Source: Octopus sinensis
Lineage: Eukaryota
Assembly (NCBI RefSeq): GCF_006345805.1
Contig: NC_043015.1
Location: 3,162,001-3,226,000 of the forward strand
DNA: 64,000 nucleotides
Direction: 5' to 3'
Position numbers and translations under genes: made by a program. Shown here in pieces: positions 40,908-53,930 of this stretch. Under the pieces are notes generated by a model. That model saw only the letters and a program-made list of their open reading frames with translations, made no database searches and was not told the DNA's origin. Numbering within the stretch: position 1 is the stretch's first letter; each line of letters starts with the position of its first letter.

Positions 40908-41130
40908 TATAACGAGAAGCTTTATGAAAATAAACAAAAGACGAAGGCAGGTGGAATACAAACAAAGAATTGTATCAGTATGGCGCTCAGGAATATAAAT
41001 AAAACAAGTATTTTACGTTTCGAGCCTACGCTCTTCAACAGAAAGATACACAGAAAAGAAACACGGAGAGAAACAAGGAGAGAAAAAAAATGCGTGCATA
41101 AGCTAGCGAATCAATATAGCGATCCATATA
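40908..41130 (-). mobile_element. PLE-associated terminal repeat with hammerhead-like motif (41008-41049)
   Basis: Reverse complement aligns with 55617-55805 and 58830-59017. Contains CTGTTGA-A-GAGC-GTAG-GCTC-GAAAC-GTA. 3' end abuts (TA)n. Confidence 0.8.
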
Positions 41131-42142
41131 TATATAAAGTAATCTTGTTCCTTTGGATTAACAAACATATAAACAACTATCTAAACCTGGTGGTTAAATG
41201 CCATACTATCTCACAACAAACATAAGCCACACACTCAAACACACACAAATATACGTACGCACACATGCAAATGCACACATTAATGCTATATATAAGAATT
41301 TTGTATGCGCGCATGTCTGACTGTGAAGATGTGTGTGTGTGTGTGTGCGACTTTGTGCGATGTATATATATCTATACATGTGTAGGTTTGATGCAAATAT
41401 ACATATACATACGTATGCAAGCCCACTTACAAATCAACAGCGAACGCAAAATCATTACTATATATGTATGCGCGTACGTGTTTGTGCATAAACGTGTGTG
41501 CGTTTATGTGAGAATGTGTGTGCGGGTGTGCGTATGAATATATTTATTTTACGTATGTATGTATAGAGACAGACAGGGAAAAGAGGAAGATGGCGATAAA
41601 CTTATACAATCAGTGCTTATATGGACAACGGTCAATTTGAAATAGAAACAATATTTTAATGTAGACAAAAGTTCATAATAAAGCAAGATTTGAGAGATTT
41701 TGTCACAGTTACAAATACCAATACTGGATATACTAAAACTGGAAAATGGTATTCAATTGCTTTTCATCATATTTCAGGATTTGTTTCATTTTTTTATTTT
41801 CTTTCTCGTCTTACAATAAAGCCTGACACTAATAGCATATATAGGCAAACTGAAAATATTTAACTACAATCAGCCGCACATGTTTTTGCATATATACATA
41901 TTTTATAAAGTAGCCATTGATAGGAAAATGCTGGTCGTGATTCTTTATGTTCCGAAGATTATAAGAGACGTACTTTAAGCTTTTTGTTGCAGTATCCCAG
42001 CAATGGTGTCTTTGATTCTGCTGCTGATATTTATTATTAAAGCAAATGATCTCCCATGTACTCTTGCGCTCAATCTTATTTCTCTCACTCAAATATGTTT
42101 GTGTACGTGTTTGTGTGTTTGAATGGGTAAGTATATACATAA

Positions 42143-42219
<77 letters not shown>

Positions 42220-42283
42220 GATATATATATATATATGTATATATATGTGCATATATATATATACATATATATATATATACGTA

Positions 42284-42344
<61 letters not shown>

Positions 42345-43596
42345 TATAGATTGATAGTTATTGATCTGTATGTATCTATACCTGTAAATTTACTGTAAAT
42401 GTGTGTGTGCGTGAATGTGGTGTTCAGGGGAGTCTGTTACACACACTATGACTGGAAACCTCATCAATTCTGCTTTCTCACACACGAACCATCATCCACC
42501 TAAACAAACAAGTGCATATACGCACAAGAGATTGAAATGGAGATGTGATGATGAAGTTTTGTACGTAAATAGCTACACTGTTTACATAAATTACCTTTGT
42601 CGCCTACTCCTTCTCAGTTGTATACGTATATCTATCTGTCTGTCTATGTATGTATGTATGTATGTATGTATGTATGTATGTATGTATGTATGTATGTATG
42701 TATGTATGTATGTATGTATCTATCTATCTATCTACCTACCTATCTATCTATCTATCTATCTGTCTCTCTGTCTGTCTATCTGTCAATCTATCGATCTATC
42801 TGTCAGCCTGTCTATTTACCTATCTATTGATATATTTGTCTCTGTCTCCATGTATATATATATATATATATATGGATGTGTGTGTGTGCGCGTGTGCGAA
42901 TGTGTATGTGTTTGTGTATGTGTGTGTGTGTGCTTGTGTGTCTGTCTGTGCGTGTTGTTCTGTGTGTGTATATATTGGGAGCGAGACAGAAATAGAAAAG
43001 AAAACAAATACTTAGGTACATAAACACATGCACTGGCTTATTTATGTGCAAAACTTCGTGCTACTGCACAAAATGTACAAGTACGTATTTGGATGCGTAT
43101 ATCTCTACGCGTATATCTAATGATATGTGTATGTGTGTGTGTTTATTTAGTTGTGTATTCTATATCTCAACGTATAGAATATAGAAAAGGCATTATTGCA
43201 GTTTACTGTCTCTAAAGTAAGCATCCTTTTGTTTGTATTTCAAAGGCTTCCCTTCTACCATTGATGTATCTTATCAGTTATCCTGAACTATTATGATACC
43301 ATAAAACTTTACAGCAAGAAAACAGACATTCTTCGAGAAATAATGGCGAAATCATATTCGCGCGGCTGTAGACATTTTGTTTGAAATGCGTTTGAAATTA
43401 AATAAAACGAAGAGTTCAGTTTTATCGTTGTTTAAGAGTTTACACAATAGGACACCCAGCAGCGGCGAATCGTTAAAACTTGCTTTTATAAAGACTGTGG
43501 TTTTCCAAGGAAAATGAACATGAATTTTTCGATCACTTGTACAAACTCATGTAAAAACATACACACATATATATACGTGTGTATAAGTAAGCCATA

Positions 43597-43668
<72 letters not shown>

Positions 43669-43698
43669 GTCATAATCATCATTATCATTATCATTATT

Positions 43699-44188
43699 GA
43701 ATAAGAGAACAACGCAAGCCATCAATATGACACTGGGGTACAATTAGACGAAACCCAATAGAGACATCATGACTACCAGTCTGATAAGGGTATAACAGGA
43801 ACATGCATCATAGCTACATGGGCGCGACATGGTGATCTTATATCAAGATAAGCAGTGCAAGAACTTGCAGGTGGGTCCAGTTAGAATTTTCGTCAGATTG
43901 CGTAGCCCACCCCGCTCAAAATGTCCCGGAATAAAATTTGTTTAAGGATGATGAACGGGAATCTAATGCTTCGAGAGGTGAATTATTCAAATCCTAAAGA
44001 ATTCCCCTCAACACATAGCTATGTTGCTCCACAACTACATCTGCTCGTGATCAGAAAAGCACATAACGTCAGCCACCAAGGCACATTCTCAACTGGTTAT
44101 GGTGAAAGAATTGAGAAACAAATCTGTGGTATTGAGCAGAATATTCACTGTAACCCATCTTTTCTACCAAGACAATTCTACGTACATG
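43699..44188 (-). mobile_element. Unclassified ~490 bp (TAA)n-tailed element (copy 2)
   Basis: Colinear with 21686-22175 with the same two boundaries. (TTA)n at 43600-43698. Confidence 0.8.
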
Positions 44189-44262
44189 ACAAAACTTCCA
44201 ATCAGTTAAGATCGGAAGACATGAAACCCACTGCCTAATCAAGGCAATTCTAGGCAATTATT

Positions 44263-44475
44263 GGCGGTGAGCTGGCAGAAAGGTTAACACACCGGGAAAA
44301 ATGCTTAGCGGTATTTCGTCTTTCGCTAGGTTCTGAGTTCAAATTCCGCCGAGGTCGACTTTTCCTTTCATCCTTTTGGGGTTGATAAATTAAGTACGAG
44401 TTACGCACTGGAGTCGATGTAATCGACTGGCCGCCCCTCACCAAAATATCGGGCCTTGTGCCTAGATTAGGAAAA
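44263..44475 (+). mobile_element. SINE family B, full length
   Basis: GGCGGTGAGCTGGCAGAA (A-box-like) ... GAGTTCAAATTCC (B-box), then CCTTTCATCCTTTTGGGGTTGATAAATTAAGTAC central domain. Confidence 0.9.
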
Positions 44476-44557
44476 CAAAAATATTATTACTGCTGTTGTT
44501 GTTGTTGCTGTTATTGTTAATGTCGTTGTTTTTCTGGCTGTTGTTGTTATTATTACT

Positions 44558-44627
<70 letters not shown>

Positions 44628-44760
44628 GATTATTCTTATTATTGCTGTATATTTACGCTTTAACACGTACATATATTTTATATGACTCAATGTTTCGTGG
44701 AGTTCGCACTATGAAACTTGAATATTTTGGATTGAAATGGAAAGGGAAGAATATAAAATA

Positions 44761-44885
44761 TCTCGACTTTGCTTTTCATCCGTTCGGGGAAGAGAAATTA
44801 AGTACCAGTTCCGTACTGATGACGATCTGATCGACTTTCCCCCTACACCAATATTTAGGGCCTTGTGTCTAGAGTAGAAAAGGAT
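44761..44885 (+). mobile_element. SINE family B, 3' part
   Basis: CGACTTTGCTTTTCATCCGTTCGGGG...AAATTAAGTACCAGTT...GGGCCTTGTGTCTAG. Confidence 0.8.
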
Positions 44886-45305
44886 CTGAGTCGATCCATG
44901 GCAGACGGTTAAGGTATACAAGAGCTGGCTTTTCATTTTCAGATTGCATACGATCTTTATTTGATGATATACTTCTGGTTACCGACATCTACGCATTCTT
45001 TTATATAAGAATGCATAGAAAATACTCGCGGCGTAATGATCTGATTACGTGGATAAGTATGATAATTCAGTCATTTATTGAGGGCAATTTTCTTTATCGA
45101 ATTTCGATTAATTTGCGTCAAGGAACTATTCTCAGCAAACTCATATCACAGCACTTCCTCTAACAAATGTGATACGGCTTTGTAAAATCTTATAAAAATA
45201 GAGATTCAATCATATCCCTACCCAGAATCCCGAAAGAAAGATTAATATAATGTATTCACTACTGTGTATATAAATATGCAGGCAAACGTACATACATGCA
45301 TGTAT

Positions 45306-45382
<77 letters not shown>

Positions 45383-46214
45383 GTAAGTATGTATTACACG
45401 CCCACTTATGTATGTGTGTGTCTTTTTTAGCTACGTATATAATAGCAAATATACTTGGATATATCGTATAACACATGCTATTGTATCACTTGGCTTACGT
45501 ATATATTCTCTGCGTATATAGGCAAATCTATCTGGCACAACACGAGTACTGGTGTCCCCGTAATCTAATATCCACCTCGCCTAACTTCAGCCCTTGTGCC
45601 TATAGTAGAAAGTATTATTAATCTATTCTTTATAGTATGCATATGTTTTGTTTTTCTCTAAATATTATTATGACTGCCAATAGAGATATAATTCATTTCA
45701 GGTCTACCAGTGTTCAGATCCACCGATGTCTAGCGCTACCATCTCTTAAATAATAATCTTAGCACATTTTAGTAGAACCATTCATTGCACAAAAGTTGCG
45801 GTTTCCTATCGCTGCTAATCGCCAATTACTTACATGTTTCGCCGTGGATAACATTCAATCAGTAGGTGTTATTCTGATGTAAATAGTTTTCAATAAAATG
45901 CCTGAAGTTTTGTTTGAATCTTGTATATAAGTAAATTTTTCAATAAGATCATGCATCTTTACCACAATCTTGAAATGAATGCCTGCGTGAAATTGTCATT
46001 TAAGTGGGTAAGTAATCCATGAAATGATATGCGTTTTCCACCATTTATACGTAACTAGATATTTATTAAATTATTATAACATGATTTGATACGTGCTTGA
46101 GCTGGTCGCTTCCTAGAAAATGAGGATTGTATTAGGGTAATTCAGAATTTATAGGAATATATAGGAATCCTGTTTTCTGTAATTATTTAAACAAAACCAG
46201 CAGTTGAACGTTTA

Positions 46215-47200
46215 TATCATTTTCCATTATAATCACTTTGCTTTTCTATGTTTTTTCTTCATGCGATACACACCTTTACGTATCTCACCGGAAAAACGTT
46301 TTGGCTGGTTTTGCACCTATTTAACACTGCAACCTGTACATCTTCATCAATAGGAAATAGACAACCATCAAAAGGATGTTTGAACGATCCAAGCAGGTGA
46401 CTGTCTGAAATGGCATGATTTCATCTCTAAAATATTCGTCCTGCAACTCGAAACCAAATTTTGAATGATTGCAACAGTATTGGCTGTAGCCGTTGATTGC
46501 TGTGCAACAAAAATATATGATTTCAGAGTAAGTCTCTGTATTCGTTAGACTTTCCCGTTTGTCAGTATTTCACTGTATCCCTACACCGGTGAGAATAAGC
46601 CCCATTTGAAGGAAATTTTGCAGTACAAGCCTTTTGTGTCCCAAACATTTTCTGCTGAAATTTCAGTTTCAAATTAGTCTTTGACTGGCGATTGCGTGCG
46701 CTTCATACCAATACCATGCTTTTTGGATTCTCACTCAATATTGCCTGTGACGTGTTGCTGCAAAAAGGAATGTTGCCTTCAGCGTTTTAGTAGCCGAATA
46801 ATTGTTGAGAGATGTCTATAGTGTTGGAATTATGTGCTTCGGTAAGCTCTCTTAGCACCAATCTCGCATTGAATTTGTGGAAGCGAAGCCTAACTTGGAT
46901 AATTTCCCATGCATTACCTTCACGAATTTACGGAGAACATGCTACGCCATTGGTACACCGGAGCCTTCTCTCAAGCGTGTTGAATCTTCTCTTCCATCAT
47001 AGAAGTCAGTGAGCTTCCTCTTCGTGTTTCTTGCATGCGCGCTTATTTTTAATTTTCCCAATCCACCCCAATACACACTTATAAACTTTAGAGCCCTGTT
47101 TCGCATTGAAAGTGAAAGCATGCGACGAATCTGCGCCATTGACACATCTTCACAAACGTCAAACTGGAACATTATTTCATGTCTTGCCAACAGAGCTGTC
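46215..47200 (-). mobile_element. Decayed Tc1/mariner (mariner-type) transposase
   Basis: Minus frames give QIRRMLS...SVYW (HTH region), SDSHLLGSFKHPFDGCLFPIDEDVQVAV and IEKQSDYNGK*, matching mariner SDFHLFGPLK..L.G.RF..DEEV..AV and CIE..GDYVEK. Many stops and frameshifts. Confidence 0.75.
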
Positions 47201-47674
47201 CTATTTACTCTGTAATATAATCCAAATGGTTCGACATTATTTTTCTGTTCGCATGTGAGCTCTGAAAGAATATTTTGGAGAAAGTACGTGTAATGTTTGT
47301 GTTAGCTTCATTAATTGCCTTATGATGATGCCATACTGCACGTCAGATATATTTGAATATTTCGTCGGCCATTCTAAAAAAAAATAATTTTTGCTTGCTT
47401 GCTTTTCTTGTATATTATTTACATTTTCCATTCGTGCTATGAAAAGTTTTCCGGATATGCTGGCAATAAGCTCACATACATAATATGAGTTAGAGCATCA
47501 TGTCGATTATCATTATCCAATCAGTTTCCACCAAATATTTACTTTGCTTCAGTTTACCTATCATTCTGAATAATTACGATATACTTTGCCTATATAGGGG
47601 AGAAAGGAGGTGAGCACAATTTTTAATTTTTAGTTCTACGTATGTTTCCCCATTGCAGTTAACTAGAGCCAGTA

Positions 47675-47732
<58 letters not shown>

Positions 47733-48683
47733 TGTATGTATGTATTTGCCTTAATATGTATGTGTTTGCACACTTAATAAAGCACGCACATATATACACA
47801 CAAACAGATGTGTATAAATATATTTGCCCGCTTTTTGTGTTATATTTTCCACAAATCGATTTTAATCTATTTCAATAGTACACAGGGATAATGTATACCC
47901 TTCTACTCTAGTTGTTGCCAGACTACTTTAATTTGATAACGATATGGTTAATGTTAATGGACAGCTATATTTTGAGTGCAGATGATAGAAAGAGTGGGTG
48001 GAGGGAATCTATTATACAAAATCGTTGTGTAATTAATTATGAAAATTGTTCTTTGAATAGAAATACTTGAAGCTAAATCATAAACGAAACGAAAAACGAA
48101 CACTAGAAATAAGATTTTGTACGAATTTGCATTCAATTAGGTGTAACATGCATGTAAGACACACTGCGAAAATAATATAGATTCTATTAGATCTACACCA
48201 GTAATGAGTTGAACATTTCATGAAAGCTAATGTAATATCCGAGTGAATATATGTTCGGTGAAGAAACGTTGGTTCTTAGGCAATCCATTAGATTCCATGA
48301 TATTTCAGTACATATTTTTACATATGACAATGCTATTTTAATAGTGCTTATGACATGTGAGTTACAGTGTTTGTGAAGTGTCTAATTCCTAGTGACAAAT
48401 ACGAAATACTTATAGCGATTTGAAGAGCATCATCTATTACTGTGCTGAAGTCACCTGGATGAAAATTGAGAATATGAGACCTAGAATGAAGTCGATTAAT
48501 CACCAATCTGGAAGTGAGAAATATAAACAAACATGCAATTACCACTAGGAAGTAGATATGAGATTACAACTGAAATTGTTTCCTTTTAACCGTTTCGATG
48601 TAGCTAAAGTTAGCAACAATATAAGAGGTAATGATGCAATATAACTCTCGTGTGTTAATCATTGCAACGTTTTCTAAACGCAG

Positions 48684-48743
48684 GTACGGATGTGATGCAA
48701 ACCGACATCAGAAGCAAATCTCAATGCGAAATACATCATAGAA
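48684..48743 (+). CDS. Candidate 60 nt exon, (G)TDVMQTDIRSKSQCEIHHR, product unknown
   Basis: Acceptor TTTTCTAAACGCAG|, donor GAA|GTAAGT. 3n length, and only phase 1 is stop-free. Confidence 0.3.
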
Positions 48744-49662
48744 GTAAGTAATTTCTCTGATAAATTCGTGAGGAGATTGTACGATCATAGGTTGTGAGTG
48801 AATATATCACAAAGTCTAAGACATGTGAGACAGGTTTGAATGTCGATCAACGCAAACATTATGATTTTCCCTTCCTATTTCTTAAATAAAATCAAAAATA
48901 AATCCGTTGTATCACGTCATCGTGCTTTATTCTGAAGAAATACGTTTGCGAGTGTATATATATATGTATATATATATATACATATTCATGCAATACATCG
49001 CGAGGGAAACACTGCAATTATTTTGAAGGATGTTGCATGAAATCACATAAATCTTTCCCGTAATCTACGCCAGGGTATTCAGGTAAAGAGGACTACAAAT
49101 TTATGTTGATACAGGTGACTTATACAGGAAAGACGAAATAATTTTCAGTATTGTGGTCACGTTTACTTAATAAACAATAAATATTCCATGATTACATCTT
49201 AATTGTGAGAGCAAATTTACACTGACGATCACTCTGTGTGTAGCTGTAAATTTTACACTGACGATCACTTGTGTAGCTGTAAATGAGTGCAGATGTATCC
49301 ATCGGTCCACAACCGCACATAGAAAATTTTAAAAATTGAATGAATGTTTTATAAATGAAACCAGCCATGATGGCAGAATAATCTGTCGTTACGCAGAAAG
49401 AGAAATAGACTCTAGGCGACATTCACAATCAGAAAGCAATTAAATGTGTCATTCATCACGTTTTTCAATTAGAACATAGTCAGGATAAGGTTTAATTTGC
49501 AACTAACTACAGATAACCAAATGATTTAATTAGAAATATGTGCACGAGTACCAACGAGCGTGTTGGAAAAGGTTCCTCAATAGGGTAGGTCGATAAACGC
49601 TGGTATTATCATAAACACAACACATCACATATATCAGGAAACCCATGTGCGCATATGTATGC

Positions 49663-49695
<33 letters not shown>

Positions 49696-49821
49696 GGTGT
49701 GTGTGTGTGTTTGTCTGTCTGTGTGTGTGCGTGTGTGTGTAAGCATGAATGTGTCTACATATATATTTATACTACATATTTATATTAATAATCAGGCTTA
49801 TATATATATATATAATATATA

Positions 49822-49874
<53 letters not shown>

Positions 49875-49892
49875 ATATATATGTATTATATA

Positions 49893-50037
49893 CAATTTTG
49901 GGGGATTAATTGATATGCGGGTAATCTATTTCAGATAATACAAAAAGAACCTGATGAGTATATCTTACAGTAAACTCAGGGAATCAATTTGCACCACAAA
50001 ATAGAATACCTGCATATAGATTAATCCCCCAAAATTG
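49893..50037. mobile_element. Small MITE-like inverted repeat, 39 bp arms
   Basis: CAATTTTGGGGGATTAATTGATATGCGGGTAATCTATTT versus AAATAGAATACCTGCATATAGATTAATCCCCCAAAATTG (4 mismatches). Confidence 0.7.
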
Positions 50038-50110
50038 AATATTGACTTTCAACAGGTATTTTGTATATTTATTGATTAATATATAAATATACGATAAATA
50101 AGACCCCCAA

Positions 50111-50490
50111 GGCGCAGGAGTGGCTGTGCGGTAAGTAGCTTCCGAGTTCAGTCCCACTGCGTGGCACCTTGGTCAAGTGTATTCTGCTATAGCCCCGGGC
50201 CGACCAACGCCTTGTGAGTGGATTTGGTAGACGGAAACTGAAAGAAGCCTGTCGTATATATGTGTATATATATATATATATATGTATGTGTGTCTGTGTT
50301 TGTCCCCCTAGCATTGCTTGACAACCGATGCTGGTGTGTTTACGTCACTGTCACTTAGCGGTTCGGCAAAAGAGACCTATAGAATAAGTACTGGGCTTAC
50401 AAAGAATAAGTCCCGGGGTCGATTTGCTAAGACTAAAGGCGGTGCTCCAGCATGGCCGCAGCCAAATAACTGAGACAAGTAAAAGAGTAA
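50111..50490 (+). mobile_element. SINE family A with short deletion in the head
   Basis: Aligns to the reverse complement of 195-658. About 19 nt missing between TAGCTT and CCGAGTTC. Confidence 0.9.
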
Positions 50491-50797
50491 GGTACGATAT
50501 GTAAATGCCTACAACTCTATAGGGTTAAACCGGATTAAATTAGAAAATTGTTGCCCCAAATTATTTATGTAGATATATGTATAAAAATTTGCTAATGTAA
50601 ACGTGAGCTCACGCGCACAAACACACACACATTTGTATATTCGATAAATGAACACATTTTACCCCAAAAAACTGAAACTATTACTGATTACATTAGTAAT
50701 AGTAAGACACACTGAAATAGTGCAATACTAAGATGGGGTTTATGAAAATAACACAATCACTAATACATTTACATTGTGAACAAATTACATCATTGAC

Positions 50798-50895
<98 letters not shown>

Positions 50896-51096
50896 ATATA
50901 TATATGTATGTATGTATATATGTCTGTATCTATGTATTCATAATGTAAACCAGAGCAGGAACGAAAAGTAAAAAGACAAGCACATACCGGAAGGTATTTT
51001 GCTTTTCAGACACAGAAATTTGATAAAAATGTCACTAAGTTGCAAGATTCAACTGAATATTTTCTATTAGATTAGAAAACCTAATTGGAAAAAACA

Positions 51097-53320
51097 TTAT
51101 TATATATAATTCTTATAACCCCAATCAGACAATTTGTAGTTAGTAAATTCATTTAGCACATAGTGCATACACTATAAAATAAATTACACAGATCAAAGAA
51201 GGTTAGACAGATGCGAAAGCAAAGTTTGTCAGGTGCACATTCAATGACCACAGAAAAAGCGCAAGGAGAGAAAAAAATTATAGCTACAGAATTCAAAACA
51301 ATTAATTCTTTATTTCGACAACATACATTCTTCATAATTAAATACAACTTAAATTTAGACACTTTGTATCGAGGAATTTGTATTATCTTCTGCTGGCCCT
51401 ATTTCGATGTCTTTACTGACCTATCACTTATAATAACAACCTCGCCCTCTCTAATTAAAACATTTCCTCGTTGCACTACTTAAACAGCTTTTCAAAAAAT
51501 CTATTAATTATTTCAGATAACGTAATAATTAAACATTTCTTTTGGCATGTATAGCAGTAATAATAGGATAAGATAGGAGGGCAAAATGTGGTCTGCAATA
51601 CATCGATTCTTTATGAATCCGGCTAATTGTTGGCAGTGCCTGCTCCCAATGACGGGAAGAAACCAGCTGAGGTGTATCGCTTTGAATAGTTTGCTCGGTA
51701 TGAATCCTCATTGGTTGCTGCAGACGTGTTTTTTGCACATCCGTTTCCCAAAGTAGTGGGAGTTACCTCCGGCTCAGTTAAGTATGGAAGTCGTTTTGAC
51801 GGCAAAACGTGGTACATGATGCGAATTAGTATTGGATCATATTCTCTCCGACTGCTCCTAAAATTGCCGCGGTATTACTGCAGATTGCCACAAGAATAAT
51901 ATCCAGCCAGGGCTTTACTCCCATTCGAATAGGCACCTGCGGGTTAGAAGAGACCCATTTGTAGGTCCTATCTAAGGCAGCTTCCCGTGGGGATATCACA
52001 GCAGAAAATGTCTCAAAATCTGGTGTACTTATATATGGAGACGACGTAAATTTTGACGTTACTTGATCATATATATATGTTTTCATCCGTCTTGCCCGCC
52101 TAATTGTTCTGGTGTCCGCTGAACTTTCCTCTAGAGAAACATTCTTTGTAGTTTGATCGTTGGTGATCTATTTCTAGCATACTGCCGACTACCTTGTGGT
52201 CTTGCCCTTTGGATATACACATGTATTAAACTTTTCTCTGATTTTTGTATGCTAGGCTACAGGTTTTAAATTGATGTTAATTAAATTGATATTACTCCAT
52301 CTCTCTCATTATTCAAATATATATATATTATATATATATATATAATATATATATATATTATATATATATATATATATATCTACTTATATATATATATATA
52401 TTTATACGTGTATATATATATATATATATGCACACATATACACATATATAAACGCATGTATATAAGGAGAGACAGAAGAGTAAGAGAGAGAGCATATGAG
52501 TCATTTAACTCATTGGTGACCTAAGTGAATAGGTACGCTGAGTAATTGCTAGAATTGGTCACCCGATATCGTCTATAAGCCTGCACCTTCTTTTGTCTCT
52601 TGTATGGGTGTCAGAGCGATTCCCATACATAACTGGACCCGGGGCAACGCTCTCCATTTCTTGTAACGGAAGTGCGAAGATCTTTCTGCAGAAACCAACG
52701 AGAGGTCTTCCCTGGCAAACTATTCAATACGATACACCTCAGCTGTTCTGTTCCAGCCATTGGGAGCAGACGCTGCCAACAACTAGCCGTATTCATACCG
52801 AATCGATGTAAAGAAGATCATATTCTGCTCTCCTATGATATCCTATGACTAACGCTATACATGTCGAAAGAAATGTTTATTTATTACGTTACATGAAATG
52901 ATTAATAGACTATTTGCAACACTGTTAAATTAGTGCAACTTTGATATGTTTTAATTAGAGCGAACGAAATAGAACCTTTGTTATTGAAAGTGAGAGGTCA
53001 GCAAAGACAGAACGAAACAGCACAAGCATAAAATAATAAAGATTCCTGCATAGAAATTGTCTATATTTAAGTTGCATTTAATTATGAAAAAGCTATTCTG
53101 TCGAAATTACTAATTAATTATTTTGTGTACTTTAGGCAGAATTTTTTCTCTCGTTGATCTTAGTCTTTGGTCATATAAAGTGCACCTGACAATCTTTGCT
53201 CTCGCATTTTTCTAACCTTCTTTCATCAGTGTAATTTATTTCATAGCATATGCACACCGTGCTGATTGAATATACCTAGTACAAATTGTCTGGTTTGCGT
53301 TATAAGAATTTTATATAATA
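51097..53320. repeat. Long old inverted repeat: arms ~51097-51810 and ~52600-53320 around a (TA)n-containing spacer
   Basis: Successive colinear blocks match in reverse complement (e.g. AATTCTTATAAC..CAGACAATTTGTA, TGTCAGGTGCAC, CAGCTGAGGTGTATCG..TTGAATAGTTTGC). Roughly 75% by eye. Family unidentified. Confidence 0.85.
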
Positions 53321-53421
53321 AAAGATACAGAAATAAATTGTTTATTCTAACACACGTGATAATGCTAATAAGCAGCGTGATCTGGATAAATTATCCATAC
53401 ATTGCAGTAAAATACGTTATC

Positions 53422-53493
53422 GGACAGTTAGGGACTCGAACTCACATCTCTGTGATTACACGTCAAGTGATTTACCATTAAGTTAAACTACCC
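53422..53493 (-). pseudogene. Degenerate tRNA-Thr(TGT)-like sequence
   Basis: 72 nt. Acceptor stem GGGTAGT/ACTGTCC, anticodon loop CG-TGT-AA, T loop GTTCGAGT. D and T stems are broken, so not a functional tRNA. Confidence 0.5.
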
Positions 53494-53803
53494 ACTAACA
53501 AATTGTTCTGCAATTTTAGAACTTATCAATTTAGCTTCGTAAGACGCTAACGTTGAATTTAACTTACAATGAGTGTAAACAAACAAAATTGGTTTTAGAT
53601 GCGTCGAGATGTATTGAAAGATACAGAAATATAATTTTTATTCTTAAACGCATGATAATGCTAATAAATAGCGTGATCAGATTAGATTATCCATACTATA
53701 TATAATAATATTTTTTCCAATCATTTTTCCTAATAGAAAATAGCACTATCCCAATATCTGTTCAGTTGACTTTGCATCTTCGTGACACTTTCATGAGATT
53801 TCA

Positions 53804-53930
53804 GTAGGCAACTGGTACTTAATGTATCGACTCCGTCAGGATGAAAGACTAAGCCGACTTCGGCGGAATTTGAACTCAGAACGTAAAGCTTTTCGCCCGG
53901 TGTGCTAACGATTGTGTCAGCAGGCCGCCT
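53804..53930 (-). mobile_element. SINE family B, partial
   Basis: ACTGGTACTTAAT..ATCGAC...GGATGAAAG...CGGCGGAATTTGAACTCAGAACGT. Confidence 0.8.

Noticed and set aside
49213-49280. ~34 bp tandem duplication
   Set aside because: Ordinary two-unit slippage duplication with no further structure.
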